A DNA stretch of 63,676 nucleotides, the filler included. It is 10 parts of 10 records of this genome, joined end to end, with 100 filler letters (N's around TTAATTAATTAA, not from the genome) between each part and the next. Parts side by side here need not be neighbours in the genome. Positions count along the whole stretch, not along the records: positions 14,005 to 22,815 come from SRR7504441_95; positions 22,916 to 37,213 come from SRR7504441_98; 8 more parts are not named here. One strand, given 5' to 3'. Positions within the stretch are counted from its first letter, which is position 1; each line of letters starts with the position of its first letter. The notes beneath the pieces were generated by a model, which saw only the letters and a program-made list of their open reading frames with translations, was not told where the DNA came from and made no database searches. The translations under genes were made by a program, and so were the position numbers. Shown here one piece after another: positions 21,779 to 34,954 of this stretch.

Positions 21779-21932
21779 GGGTCAACTCCTACGCTCCGTG
21801 ACGCGATCAACCCAAGTGTTGCGACCTCAGCGCTTTCGACATTTTTCAGAACGCGAATAAGTCCAACGGGTAACAAATAATAATACTTGAAGCCGCTCCA
21901 GCCAGCCGCGCTTATTAGCCTCCGCTGCATCG

Positions 21933-22815
21933 ATGCGGTCTCAGCTCCTGATCGTCTTCTCGGGGCTCGCGCTGGCCGCCGGGCGGCGCTGCCAGTCGGA
22001 CGACGCGGTGCTCTCGCAGACCTTCTGCCAGACATACTATGCCGGCCCGCCCGCCGGCTGCCCGGGGCTCCGCTCCAAGGTGTGCGCCGACCGGACCAGC
22101 TACCGACTGCCAGTGCTCACCATGGGCGACCCGGCCGACCCGCCGATGCTGTTCATCCACGGATGGCCAGACCAGTCGGCGCTGTGGGCCAACCAGTTCG
22201 AACGGTTCTGCGCGGGCGGCGGGCGGCACTACTGTGTGGCCCCGAGCTGGCTGGACTACCACCCGCAGGCGGCCCCGGCCCCGAGCGGCGAGCTGGTGTG
22301 GGAGAAGCAGCTGGAGGCATTCCACGAGGTGGTGCTCCAGATGGGGCTCGAGCGCATCACGTTTGTGATCTTCGACTTTGGGGCGGCGCTGGGATACCAG
22401 TACCTGTACAAGTATCCCGCCCGGGTGGCCAGAGTGGTCGCATTCGACATTGGGATGAGCCTGGCCCCGCCGGCCAACGCCACGGAGGCCCAGCTGCCCA
22501 AATACCAGCAAGTGAACATTGAGGCGTTCCGGAGCCGCAACGACACAATGGAGCGGGCCAACGCCAGGATGTCGCCCTGCGGCTGCGCTGGCTCCGACCC
22601 GGCTCAGTGCCCCTGCCTGAGGACCGTCACCAGTCGTTGGGCCTGGCCGTATGTCCAGATTGTCAACCACAGCTGGCCGGAGGGGCTGGCGCCCAGGCTG
22701 TCGAGGGCGGAATGGAAGTTCTCTATGGCGCCGAGCCTGCCCAGACTGCCACTGCTCTTCCTCTGGGGCAAATGCGACATCGGGACTGGATCGGGCTGGG
22801 GCAAACCGTGCAGGA
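21933..22815 (+). CDS. Secreted alpha/beta hydrolase, epoxide-hydrolase-like (3'-truncated)
   Basis: Signal peptide, oxyanion motif FIHGWPD, Asp-nucleophile elbow FDFGA, and PLLFLWG. Confidence 0.8.
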
Positions 22816-22915
22816 NNNNNNNNNNNNNNNNNNNNNNNNNNNNNNNNNNNNNNNNNNNNTTAATTAATTAANNNNNNNNNNNNNNNNNNNNNNNNNNNNN
22901 NNNNNNNNNNNNNNN
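22816..22915. other. Artificial contig-join linker
   Basis: N44-TTAATTAATTAA-N44. Confidence 0.97.
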
Positions 22916-23013
22916 ATCACACACACATGGGGTTTAGTTCTTCCAGACCATGGTGGCATGGTCGCATGGTCGCACCACACTGAAGGATTTAAAACATTTA
23001 TATACATTGAACA

Positions 23014-24249
23014 CTACAATTCAGAATGAACGTGGCTACCATTATCGTTCTTAACTGAGTATGTTGTCTGCAAAAAGCCGAATACCTCATGTTCATCCCA
23101 ACGGTCGGTTTGCTGATCGCCTTTCATACTCCGGCAAGTTGGACATAGCGCCACTGATGGGTAAAGCGGTGCCTCCTCCGCTCCCCTGCGGCCTATCGTC
23201 CGAACGTTTGCTGAGTTATGGACCCGCCATAGCCAGATCACGAGCTGGCGGTGTGTGTCCACCCGTTCCACACGGTCCGCTGCCTTTACAAAGTGCTGTG
23301 CACAAGGAGCGCAAAGCATGAACCTACTGATATAGCCTCGAATCGCCTTGAATGCGCGCTCCGGAGCGCTTCGTGCCTCGGCGGCCATCACGTGCAGCAG
23401 GAGCCACAGCCCACACGGATACCCATGACCAGTTCCCGAACAGTAACCCCACGAGAGTTCACCGACAGGTCGAGGTACAAGCTGCTCCCAGCCCGCCCGG
23501 CTGATGCCGTCGGCCGGCTCGACTCGCCAGCGCACCGCCCCACTCACTCCGAGCAGCCACAGCCACTCGCGCAGCGCGGCCCAACGCTCGCCGCTCAGCC
23601 GCTCGCTCTCGTCGATCAGATGGAAGCTGTCAATAGAGACATATGCTGCTGTGTGTATCACTTGCTGCAGCTCCGACCTGCTCGCGGCCTCGGGCAGCCG
23701 GCTTCTCGACAGTGGGAGCACCGGTTGCGAGCGGGCCAGCGCGCGGACGGCGGCGGCTGCGCGGTCGATCTCGTGTCCCTGAGGCTTAAAATGGCGCGAT
23801 TGGCGCATAGTCTGGCCGAGCCATTTGAGCAGTTCGGGGGGCCCCTCACCGTCCCGGACAGCGTGCTGCTGGAGCACCCGCAGCTGGCCGGCCTGGGTGA
23901 CGTGCAGTGCCAGCACTGTGGGCAGCTTACGCACCCGGAACTGCCGTTGCAATTCCGGCTCGGCCACGCAGTTCGTGGCGCCGAACATCAGCCCAGCGAA
24001 CAACTGGCCGGCCTGCTTGAACCCTCGGGCCACCAGCGACCACTGCGGCGCCAGCTCCCTGCACGAGGGGCACCACGGCGAGTAGAAGAGCAGCAGCCAC
24101 AGCCCTGGCCGCGACTCGCCGGCCTGGGCCAAGCTCCAGTGCGCCACCGCCCCGTCGAAGGCCAGGTTAGGCTCCGCAATCCCCGCCGGCTGGCCCCAGG
24201 CCGCCGGCGCCAGCAGCAGCAGCAGCACGCTCAAACGCGCCGTGTGCAT
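23014..24249 (-). CDS. QSOX: Quiescin sulfhydryl oxidase (thioredoxin + Erv/ALR)
   Basis: Signal peptide from ATG 24249 (MHTARLSVLLLLL). Trx WCPSC; Erv motifs GYPCGLWLLLH, CAPC, WLWRVHNSAN, CPTC. Ends in HSEL. Confidence 0.88.
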   Translation of the reverse strand: MHTARLSVLLLLLAPAAWGQPAGIAEPNLAFDGAVAHWSLAQAGESRPGLWLLLFYSPWCPSCRELAPQWSLVARGFKQAGQLFAGLMFGATNCVAEPELQRQFRVRKLPTVLALHVTQAGQLRVLQQHAVRDGEGPPELLKWLGQTMRQSRHFKPQGHEIDRAAAAVRALARSQPVLPLSRSRLPEAASRSELQQVIHTAAYVSIDSFHLIDESERLSGERWAALREWLWLLGVSGAVRWRVEPADGISRAGWEQLVPRPVGELSWGYCSGTGHGYPCGLWLLLHVMAAEARSAPERAFKAIRGYISRFMLCAPCAQHFVKAADRVERVDTHRQLVIWLWRVHNSANVRTIGRRGAEEAPLYPSVALCPTCRSMKGDQQTDRWDEHEVFGFLQTTYSVKNDNGSHVHSEL

Positions 24250-24381
24250 CCGCGCCAGCTGCCGGTCAGTGCCGGGGACCAGGCGTGCCGCGTGTGCTTT
24301 TCCGTTGGTGCCGGTGGTCTTGACCACCGGGAACACGCAGCCTTGTGCTGTGCTCCTCGGATGGAACCGGGGGGCTAGGGG

Positions 24382-27300
24382 ATGGCGGGCTTGCCCGGCA
24401 ACAAGCCGGTGGCCATGCTGGCCACCGACTTGCCCGGCAATAAGCTCGAGCTGCCCGGGGTCGTGCTGGACGGGGCGCCGTCGCTGCACCGGCTGGCGCT
24501 CTCCTCGCTGGCCGACCACCCGCTCCAAGTGGCGCTCCAGTCCGACCTGGGCCGGATGCTCAGCTTCCAGTCGGCCAACCCGAATCTCGAGTCCGTCGAG
24601 GCCCAGCAGCCGATCAACGAGCTCTTCAACTCGATCAACCTAATCGAGACTGTCCAACTACCCGCACGCGGCCTGCTCCCGATCGTCCTGCAGTTCGCAC
24701 CGCAGCGGGGCGATGCCGAATTGCTCGGTGGCCGATCGGCCGGCGGCAGCTGACGGCGGGAGGGGTTGCAGGCGACCAACGGAAGAAGGGTAGCGTGCGC
24801 ACAGTGGAGGGGGAAACCCGGGACCAGGATCAGCAACTACACCGGGCGTTCGCGGTGCACGGCCGGCTGCAGTTCATCGCCTCCGGGCCGGACGGCTCGC
24901 GGTCCAAGCTCTCGATCAGGTCCGGGCCCGGCCGGCGCTGCTGAGCGGGTGCGGCAGCTTGAATGCGTCGGTTTGTATGTCCGTGATCAAGATGGACGTG
25001 AACCACTTGCTCTTTGAGAATCTCACCCCGGGCGGTGGGGCCCAAGTCCGCGAGTTCAGGGTGGTCAACTGCTCCGAAGTGCCCGTCGAGTTTATGGTTT
25101 CACAGCGCCGAGGCCACTGCATCACACCGGTGCGTGCCCGGCGCCGGCTCGGCCACAGCGGTAGCAGGCCCGGAAGGACCCGACGATGGAGTTCACGCAC
25201 TATGAATCGGGCGAGGTGCTCGTCTCGGACCAGATCCAACAACTGGCCGGGTTCGCGCAGCTCGGCATCCGAGTGACGTACACGCCGCACGAGGTCGGAG
25301 AATTCAAACAGGAGATTCTGCTCCGAAACCTGAGCGGGAATCAGCCGATCGAGATCATACATGTGCACGCGGACGTCACCCAGGAGCGCGCCGCCGGCCG
25401 GTCGGACGTGCTCCAGGTAACTGCGGCCAACGCCAAGAACGAGGTGCTCAATTGGGGAGAAGGACACGTCGAGCAGCCACTGTTCCAGACAGTCAGCCTG
25501 CGGAACGTGTCCGGCGACCCAATCTTGGTCCAGATGAGCTCGGACCGGTCGACAGAGGTCTCCTTCCACCACGCGGACGACTCGTGGACGCCGCGGCCAG
25601 CCCGTCGGCCGCGTTCGGCCGAACCAGAGGCTCTCACCGAACCACTTGCTCAGAGGGGGCTGCGCGCCAATGGTATCTCGCGCCAGCCGTCGATGGAGTC
25701 GGCCCCGGGCGGGTTCTCTCGCCCACCGAGTGTGGATTCTGGCGGGAACTCCGGCCGGCAGACCAGCAGGGGTTCGAGTGTCGACCAGGATGACTCCACT
25801 GATCGGGATGAGGCTGAGTCGTTTGCTGATGCACACGAGATCGAGGAGGTCTTGCTGCTCCCCGGCAAGTCGTCGAGCATTGTGGTCAAGTATGTGCCGG
25901 CTGCCGATGCGAACTCTACGGAGCTGGCCACCAGTGCACGCACGTTTAGGATTACATTTAGATTCCGGCTGGTGCGGTCGAACGACGAGCTGATCGAGCA
26001 GCAAGCGGGGCACCTGCAGGCCAGGAAGGGCTTCTCCCAGTCGCTCAAGTGCAGAGCTAAGGTGTGCAAGACTATTGTAGAGGTGTCGCCGCCACAGCTG
26101 CTGCTAGGAGATTGTATGCTCGGGCAATCTAAGACAGGTGTGGTGTTGCTCCACAACCGATCCGACATGCAGACTGAAGTGTGTGTCCGGCACGACTCGA
26201 AGGTGCTGTTCTTGTCTCATGAGAGTGTGGCGCTCGGGCCTCAGCAGTCCAAGGAGGTGTCGGTGGTGTTTGCTCCCACACAGAAGGAAGGAGTCAACTA
26301 TTTCAACAAAGAAATCGAATTTCGGAATCTGAATAACCGAGAGGACGTGCATGTTGTCCATGTGCGTGCCTCGGTGAAGAACCCGGACAAGTCGACGGTG
26401 CACTCTCTGTTTTATAAAGTGACCCCGCGCCGGATCAGCTTTGGGTGTACAAACATCAACTCGGCCACACCATGCTCTGTAAAGATCCGGAACATGAGCT
26501 CGTCTCCGATTAAAATCGGAATCTCCAGCTCGCTTCCCGAGGAGTTGCAAGTGTTTGTGCCGAATAGATGCCTACACATGATTGAATCTGACCAGGCCGA
26601 GCTGTCCAAGAACTACAACAGGAAGCAGGAGTCTGCTCGCCTGACAGAGAAGAGGCAAATGCTTATCCAGATGGTGGAGAATCGTGACGTAAGCGCACGC
26701 TCAGTGAATAAGGACGATGTGTCAGTGGCTGACGACGACTCACCCGTGCTCTCCACTCCTGGCACAGAGAAGAAGCTGATGATTCGGCGCCAGCAGAGCT
26801 ATGACGAGCCCATCACAAAAGATTTAAAGGGTGTATGGGGAGCTGAATACGAGGAGCTGCCAGCGCAGCCGGGCCCCATAGACTTGTCGCACCTAATCGA
26901 GTGTGTGCGGGCACCTCTCGAGTGGTACTGGGGCAACCCAAGTGGCGAGAAGGAATATGTGCAGGAGGTGGTCGCGCAGCGCAAGCTGCTTGAGGAAGCG
27001 CTGTCAACCATGTGCTCTCCACTCCAAGCTCCAGTGCTGCTCAATCCAAATAGCGAGCTCGAGCTGGTCTTGCTCTTGACAGCCAAGAAAACGCCCATCA
27101 ATATCGATGCTGGCACCGAACGCTATGGTCAGCTGCAGCTGCTGCAGGCATCGTTGTTTGTCCAGCTGCTTGAATTCGACCACAGCCTCTACTCGTTGGA
27201 AGACAAGCAGAAGGGCTCAACTCAGTCAATCCTAGTTGAGGCGAAAGTTTGCTCCACTGTGATCGACTTGGCACAAAAGTCGATACACTTTGGCAGCGTA

Positions 27301-30300
27301 GATGTGAACAGCCGACAGGAAGTTGCCATTTCGATTGGCAACCTGTCGGACGTCCCACTTCTCTACCGCTTTGTGAAGAGCGGTTCTTTTGCTTCATCCT
27401 CTCTGGGCTTTCCCCGAGGTTCGACTGGGATTGTTCGGGCATTTGGGTCAGTGGATGTTCCGCTCACCTTCTGTCCCCATTTGGATGGAGAGTTTCATGA
27501 GACAATCACTATCGAGTCTGTGCTCGCACCGAGTGAAGGCTCACAGACGATTGCAATCAAGGCATTTGTCCGGCCAAAGAGTACGTTCTGGCTCGAAGCG
27601 CTTCAGCTTCCTTGCGGGCCTGTCCGCCTGAACAAGGGCCGGACTGCCCCTTGCAGGATTGTCCTGACCAACACCTCGAGGCAGCGCCGCATGTTCAGGA
27701 TTGACCACGCTGACACAACCCCAGCTAACGGGATGCAGTGTGACGTGGCCTTCTGGCTCGAGCATGACGGCGGTGCATTCGACCGGGCCAAAGCCGAAGA
27801 TAGAATTGAGCTGCTTGAGCGTGAGCTCAAGATCTCGATCCGCAAGGGCAAGAAGGAGAAGCGCGACAAGATTCAGGAGCAGATTGTGGCGCTGCAGCAG
27901 AGACAGCTGTGGGAGGGTGGGCTGGATGCTGAGCTGCAGTCCGACTCTGAAGATGAGTCAAACCCAAAGGACGGCGAGAAGAAGCCCAAGCAACGCAGTC
28001 AGGACAATGGGTTTGATGAACCAGCCAAGGCTGACAAGCTACAGTCCGGCCCTCAAGCAGGCTCAATCACGTTTGCAGTGAACGCAAACAGCTGCCAGAC
28101 AATCTTGATGGCAGTCAAGATCGGCTCTACTGAGGAAGGCTCGCCCAATAAGGTTCTGGGCCAGCTTCGAGCTTTTGAGACTCGCAACAACGACGATATG
28201 CGGTTTATATCGTTTGATGTCGATGTTTGCCCTGATGAGCACTCGCTGAAGAGCGCCAGGGAGATGGCCACGCAGAATATCTTGGCCAGCCCGTCTGCCT
28301 TCAAGGGCAGTCCGGATCTGATATGCGCCAGTCCGACTGCAATGCTACCTCAGGCGTTGCTCAAGCCACCAGAGGAGATGGAGCGGTTTGCACTGACACC
28401 AGTGCTGCCAGTTCTCCCAGACAATCAGCTGATTGTTTCCCCGCAGTGCATTGAGCTGGGAGACGTGATTGTGGGGTCTCGTGCGCGGGCCTCATTCAAC
28501 GTGGCCAACCCTGAGAGCAATCAGACCGTCTCATTCACCATCATCAAGGCAGTGCTCGGGGCAGATGTGTTGGAGGCGGAGGTGCTGAATTTCACACCAG
28601 AATCAGGTCAGATAGAGCCTGGTGAATACGTGTCGATCTCTGTAATCTGCAGTCCAAACGTGCCAGGTGGCCAGATGCACGAGGCAGTCGTTCGATCGCG
28701 CTCTATTCAAGCCGAGCAGCGGCAGGACTGTTTTGATCAGGTAATCTGCTTCTCAATGATGGCAACATATCGAGACTACCTGGCTTTCCCTTCTATCCAC
28801 AACCATACGCTGGATATTGGAGTGGTGCATATACAGCCTCAGGACGAGACAGACAGTACAGGTCCAGCTCAGGCTGACAGCAAGGTAGTCACGTTCCAGG
28901 TCAAGTCAATGACGCACCGGCCAGTGCTTATCACTGCCGCCACTAACATGAAGCGCGAGGCGTTCGTGTACTCTGATGCACAGCTGGAGTGCGAGGTTGT
29001 GAAGCTCAAGCTGCTAGCATACAAGGGCACCACGCTCTACTTCCTGCTCCGGCCAGCCTCCCAGCGAAAGAGCTCTGGCAGGAAGGGTTTCCCTGAGCTC
29101 AACGATAGGTATGCAGCCGGCGAGTGCCGCGAGATTGTGGGTGGGATACATTTCGACGTGTACTCCGAGACCGGGTCCAGTCTTGGACAGACTGCTCTCA
29201 AGTTCACCTCGTTGATAGGATGCTCCAAGCTGCTGGTGGAGCCTGACCGGATAGACTTGCAGTCGCCTTGGTCGCCTGGGGCTACTGTGGAGGCCAAGCT
29301 ACAGCTACGTAACAGCAACTCGAGGATAGCGCTCCCATTCGAAATAGTTACTACTGGGAAGGTTGTGGTGGATACTCCAAGAGGCAAGCTGGCAGGTACA
29401 GCCTCCGAGGGGAGCTCGATGCAAGTAATTTGCTCGATGCAAGTAGAGGAGCTTGGGCTGCAGCAGGAGCACATCACGATCACCAACCTTAACATCCCGG
29501 GCTCGCTAGGGCGCAAGCTGGTGATACCAGTCTCTCTGTTTGTAGATGATGGAACTATGCACACCTCAGTGCCCTCCAGGCCAGTGAGCGAGATGGGATC
29601 ACCAGTCCATCACACACGCCAGGCCTCTGAGGACCCTGTCGAAGCTCAACTGGACCTTGCAGACGTGTCAGCCGATCCGCACACTCCTGCTCCCCTCTTG
29701 CCTAAGCTGCATGCGACGCCTTCAAGCGAAGACGAGGATCTGGATGGCAGTCGTCTGATCAATTTTGGTATGCTTTATCTGAACTCGACTGGGGAACCCG
29801 TCGAGCAATGCGCCGAGCACAATTTGTCATTGTCTGTGCACCTGAACGAGAGTGCCTTCTCGACTCTACTTTTGCAGCCAATGTCGGACCTAGGGGGTCT
29901 GCGAGTATTCCCTGCCGTGCAGGCCACTGCAGCACAGACTGCACATGCAATGTTACATTCGCCCAGCCAAACCAGGATCGACTCAGCATATGGACTATTA
30001 TCTTGTGGCGACCCTATCATGGCTGGGGTTGGAAATGTGACTGAACTCACAGCCGAGCTACACCTTGGCGCAATTGATCCTGACTTGCTATTGAAGGCTA
30101 AGGGCAACATATTGACCTTCGACAAACAGCTTGTCTTTTATTCAATTGCACTCAAACGGGTGCTCAAAGTCATGCGTGTGTGCGGTACAATCTGCATGTC
30201 GCTTGCTGAGCTAGCTGCACCAAGCGTCAAGCTGGGTTCGATTGGGTATGTCTCGAGATATAGCGATACCCCATTTGAAATAGCGATCCGAAACACGAGT

Positions 30301-33300
30301 GCGGCACCACTAAATTACAGACTGGAAGAGCCAATCCCTGATGGGATTATTGTGAGTCAGTCTGACATAGCACGGGTGGTGCCTGCGCACCAGAGCCATA
30401 TAGTGAATGGGATGGTGAGGACTTCGGAAGGTCAGCACGAGCATGGCCAGGTTACGTGGAAGCTAGCGGTGCTCAACGAAAACAACGCGGCCAACAGGCT
30501 CGAATTCTGCGTTCATGCCACTGTGTCGGCTTGTGTGCTGCAGTATGAGGGCCTGTCGACCTCTCCGCACGATTCCACAACTGGCTCCATGCCTAGTTTG
30601 GTGGGCCAGGATGAGCTGCCCTCGCTCAAGCTGGGCGTGCTCTGGAACGCCGAGGGCCAGGCTGTGTTCGAGGAGCAGATGGTGATGCGGAACATGCTTG
30701 GCGACGCCCTAGATGTGATCCTTCATCTACGCCAGCCCGACGATGCCATCGCTACGCTACAGCTGCTGTCTGCTGAGCACTGCGAGGCTGACAAACTCGA
30801 GCACCTCTCTTCGTCCCGAGTGGAACTTGGGGCAGATGAGGAGGTTGAGCTGCACGTGAGGGCTCAGCTTGGACCAGGTGGAGCAGCTGAGTTGTTTGGG
30901 GAGCTGCCTAGTCCTAGGCATCCGGGCGAGAAGAAGCCATCTGACGATGAGTTGGTGGTGCTGCTCGGAGAGCTGCACATCACCCCGGTAGGGCACGAGG
31001 TCGAAGTGATCCCAGTGTTTGCTTATCTGTGCGACGAGCGGCAGACACTCACTAGCACATCTTCCTGGACAGTCTCTACTCGCTTTATGCACACAATACT
31101 GCCTCCAGCAGGGAGCTCCAGTGTCGAAAAATTTGTGGTGCTGAATTCGTCGCCATCCAACACAATGGAGATTGAGGTCTCATTGGACGATGGTCTGGTT
31201 GAGCAGTGGTGGCCAGGGCTGCAGCTGAGTATCTCACCCCAGCTGTTCTCAGTGCTGCCCGGTAAGAGTCAGGTTGTGCTTGTGGAGCTGGTCAGACCTG
31301 CAGACCAACTACTCCCAGAGGATTCTAGCAGCCACTCTATTGTCATCCTAGTCAGTAATGCGCAGGAGCCACAGGCCAGCAGCAAGCAGATAGAGTTGAC
31401 CATCAACACGCAGGAAGACGACCAGGAGCTTGAAACAGAGCTCGCTCCTGACGAGACCACTAGCCTAGAACAGCCTCGTACTACGCCTCTAGAGCTTAGC
31501 AGCAACTCTCCTCGGATAGTTGGCGCTGAGTCAGTACCGTGTGCAATGGCGACGTGCTTGCCTGTTATTGAGTTGCGCGGGTGCACGCCTTTGGACGAGG
31601 TGGGTCGGCATTATTCTCTAAATATTGGACAGCGATCGTGTCAGGATGGTACTATCCAATGGGAACTCACACTGAATATGCTGCTAGACCCTTCTGTGCA
31701 GCCTGCAGAGCAGACTCGGCTGCGTTGGTCGATGACCTCAGCCAACCCATCATCTGACCAGTGGCTGTCACTATCAGCTGACGGAGGCGAACTCTCGAGC
31801 CATGAGGAGACACTGCTAGTCCTCTCATTTGATACTGAATACGTCGGGGTGTATACGACACACATGATTCTGACCAATCACAGCAACCCGAGTGACATCA
31901 AGGTGGTCAAGGTGACGCTTGACGTTGCTTCATATAAACCAACCAGCGAGGGAGGCAAGGAATATTTCGATGTGCTGCTACCAGGCAAGAGCCCGTCTCA
32001 GAATGAAATCGCAATTCCTCTGGCTACTCCAGGCAACACTTACACTGAATACTCGTTCAGCTTATGCAACCGCTCCGACTTGCTGCTGCTATTTTTCATC
32101 ACCTCAGACATAGAAGCCCAGAACTCAGCGTCCGAGCTATCGTTTTCGCTATCACAAAACAGCCTCCGCCAATTCAAGTCCATCGAGATTAACCCTAGGT
32201 CACATCAACGGATTTACCTGCACTACACGCCCCACCTGGCACCGGGTACCACCTCTGCACACGAGCTGATCAACATTTCGGTGAATTGCCGCCAGATTAA
32301 GGACTACCGCAAGTCGATCACGCTGAGCAGCTATATACAGCCTTCGTGGGTGGCTATCCCTGATCGGGAGCTCTGGCTGCACTGCCCCCCGCCCTCCAAA
32401 TCCGAGAGCTCCGAATGGCCACCTGTGAATGGTGACGAGTATATCTACTCGTGCCAAGTGCCGGTCCAAAACTCGTCGCTGCAGACAGCCTACTTCACAG
32501 TCAAATCTGCGATGCATTTTTGCACCGTTTCAGCTGTCGACGCGGTGGGCAATGAGCAGAGTGGAGAGATGTCTGTCTCGCCTGGTCAGACGGTGCTGCT
32601 GACAGTGAACTTGAACAGCCTGGCCTTGGCTCAGTGCCGCAAGCTGTTCCACCGGCAGCGCTTCTTGGAGGAGCATTTTTGGCTGTATAACAGCCGCGGT
32701 GTCTACGAGGTCGGATCTTGTGAAAGCAGCCAGGTAGTGGTCCGACTCAGTATTGCACCAACGCTAGTGCGCAAGGTGATGCGAGTGGCTGTGTTTGACG
32801 TGGGCTCCAAGAATTTCCACGCGTCAATGATCCTCGAAGCTCGGCTAGTCAAATTCCTTCAGGCGTACAACCTCTTCTGGTGTCAAGTTGCCTCTGGATT
32901 GCAAGGGGCAGACAAGTTGCAGCAGCTGCGGGCTGTGGCCAAGCAAATCCAGTCGGACCCCACTCACGCTGCGCTGTTTGTGGAGTTTTCGTTCCTGATC
33001 GATGAGATTATATTTTATGGGATAAAAGGCGCCGCTTCGGGAGGCCAGACCCATCTGTTCATCAATCACCTTAGCCACCTGCTGTTCTCAGCCACCCTCG
33101 CGAGCGGCACCCCATTCAACGCCCTCCTGTGCCAGTTCCACTGGAATCAGGAGGCTCTCCCGGCCGCAGTGGCTGCTTGGGTGCACAAGCTGTCGTTCAC
33201 GGTGGGCCGACTGCCCTCACAGCTTTGCCAGCCGGGAAGCTCGTTGTTACGATTGTTCTCCGGACTCCAGTTCGAGTGTGACATTAGTGGGCTCAGCTTG

Positions 33301-33330
33301 TATCAGCCGACAAATTCCGGCTCGCCGTAA
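24382..33330 (+). CDS. Giant (~2900 aa) protein of tandem Ig-like/ASH-type beta-sandwich repeats, function unknown
   Basis: The 2714-aa ORF (25186-33330) is preceded by short exons from ATG 24382. Recurrent motifs such as LNWG..VSLRNVS, LLLGDC..LLHNRS, IHFG..IGNLSDVPL and VKLG..IRNTSAAPL are typical of ASH/MSP-like repeats. Confidence 0.7.
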
Positions 33331-33610
33331 CTTAGCCATAGGCAGTATGGTGTGAGTAGTTTTATTTAAATTTAGTTTACTAATTAGATGCATATGCCGT
33401 CTTAAATTACTTTAGAAATACTTTACATAATTGCCATTGACACTTATCTTAACAGTCATGATCAGCCTTCATCCTGCTTACATCCACCTTGAGTGCTCAT
33501 GCTCATGATCGTGAATCGGTGAGCTCCGAGTTTACCCGTGCGCGCTGCAACAACGATGCTCCTCATCGGAACCCGTACCGCGCGCTACCACTTAATGCCC
33601 ACCGGCTACC

Positions 33611-34859
33611 TCAAGTGCCCGGATTCCAGCTATCGTCGCACCCGGCCATACGCAGGAACTCAAGCGTCTCAAGCAACGTGGGTGGTGTCATCGCGCCTTT
33701 TCTACCGACTAGAATCGCAGCCGCCGCCGCCCCAAACTCGAGGCTGGCCTTGTGCCCTCGCCCGCCGTGGTACCGGGCCACTGCGAACCCAGCCCTGAAG
33801 CAGTCGCCCGCCCCAGTGGTGTCGACCACTTTATCGATCTGAAAGATCGGCTGGTGCACCACACCTCCGGAGGCTGTGAATAGATAAGACCCCCGACCGC
33901 CAGCCGTCACAAGCACCTGCCTCAGCTCAGCCGGCCGGGGCAGGTGGCTGCCTCGCCCACGCCGGCCTGTTTCAAGTTGCCCACCGCAGTCTCGATCTCT
34001 GCGTCGCTCCCAGTGGGCAGTCCAGTCATTAGACTGAGCTCTGTCTCGTTCGGCGCGACCAGACTGATCAGCGCCGCCAGCTCGTCCGGCAGCCGCGTTG
34101 GGTCGCCTCCCATGTCCATCATCACCGGCACCCCATGCCCCCTCGCAATCTGCCCCTCGTCACGCCTCTGCCGCCGCCGGCTCGCACCTGTGCTGCTTGC
34201 AGGTTGACGCTGGCTGGAATCTCCCGCTGAAGCATCACCAGCTTGGACTGCCCAATCGCGTCGGACGCGTGCCCGCACCCGTCGGGCCAGCCGTACTGGT
34301 TAGTGCCCTGCACGATCACGATGCTGTTTTCCCTGCCGGAGCTGGGGCCGCGCTCCGGGCGGGGGCCGATACCCAGACGGCTGGAGGAAGACAAAGCCCT
34401 GGCCGGACGGAACCCTGCGCGGCGCTCAGTCGGCGGGGGCAGTGCGCGGCTCACCCGGGCCTGTGCTCCATCTGCAGCTTCACCCCGAAGCTCTCCATTG
34501 CCGCCCGCAGCACCTCGCCGTCCTTCGACGACTCAGCAGGCCGCCCACCCGGCCAGGGCTCGCCTGGTCGTCGCCCACCATCGCCACAAACTCGGTGGGC
34601 GCGCCCAGGTTGGCGCAGCCAGCCGCCTGGTTGGCGCCCTTGCCCCCCGGCATCCGCTGGAAGCCCAACGGGTGCCCACGCAGAGTCTCGCTGACCGCCG
34701 GGTCTGGGCGGCCCGGGCAGTGTGCGGGCACCCGGGCAGCGGCAGCCGGTCGGTCTCGATAAAGTTGTCCATGCAGATCGATCCGACCACCGTTATCCCG
34801 GACAGGCCCCGGCAGCCGCCCAGCTGCCGAGCCACCAAACCTGTCCGCGCAGCGAGCAT
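33611..34859 (-). CDS. RBKS: Ribokinase / PfkB carbohydrate kinase, multi-exon, with possible mitochondrial presequence
   Basis: ITVVGSICMD, PGGKGANQA, MLQREIP, APNETEL and DTTGAGDCF lie in successive exons. Confidence 0.88.
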
Positions 34860-34954
34860 CGAGACCCACGCTGTATCTTCTTCCGTTAGATGATTAACGG
34901 CATTGGACAACGGCAAAGCCGCCGCAGTGGGCAGGCTCTCGAGCAGTGCGTGCA

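Noticed and set aside
14058-21880. Many + strand Leu/Cys/Ser-rich ORFs over the coiled-coil gene
   Set aside because: These are antisense by-products of A/K/E/Q codon bias with no independent coding signal.
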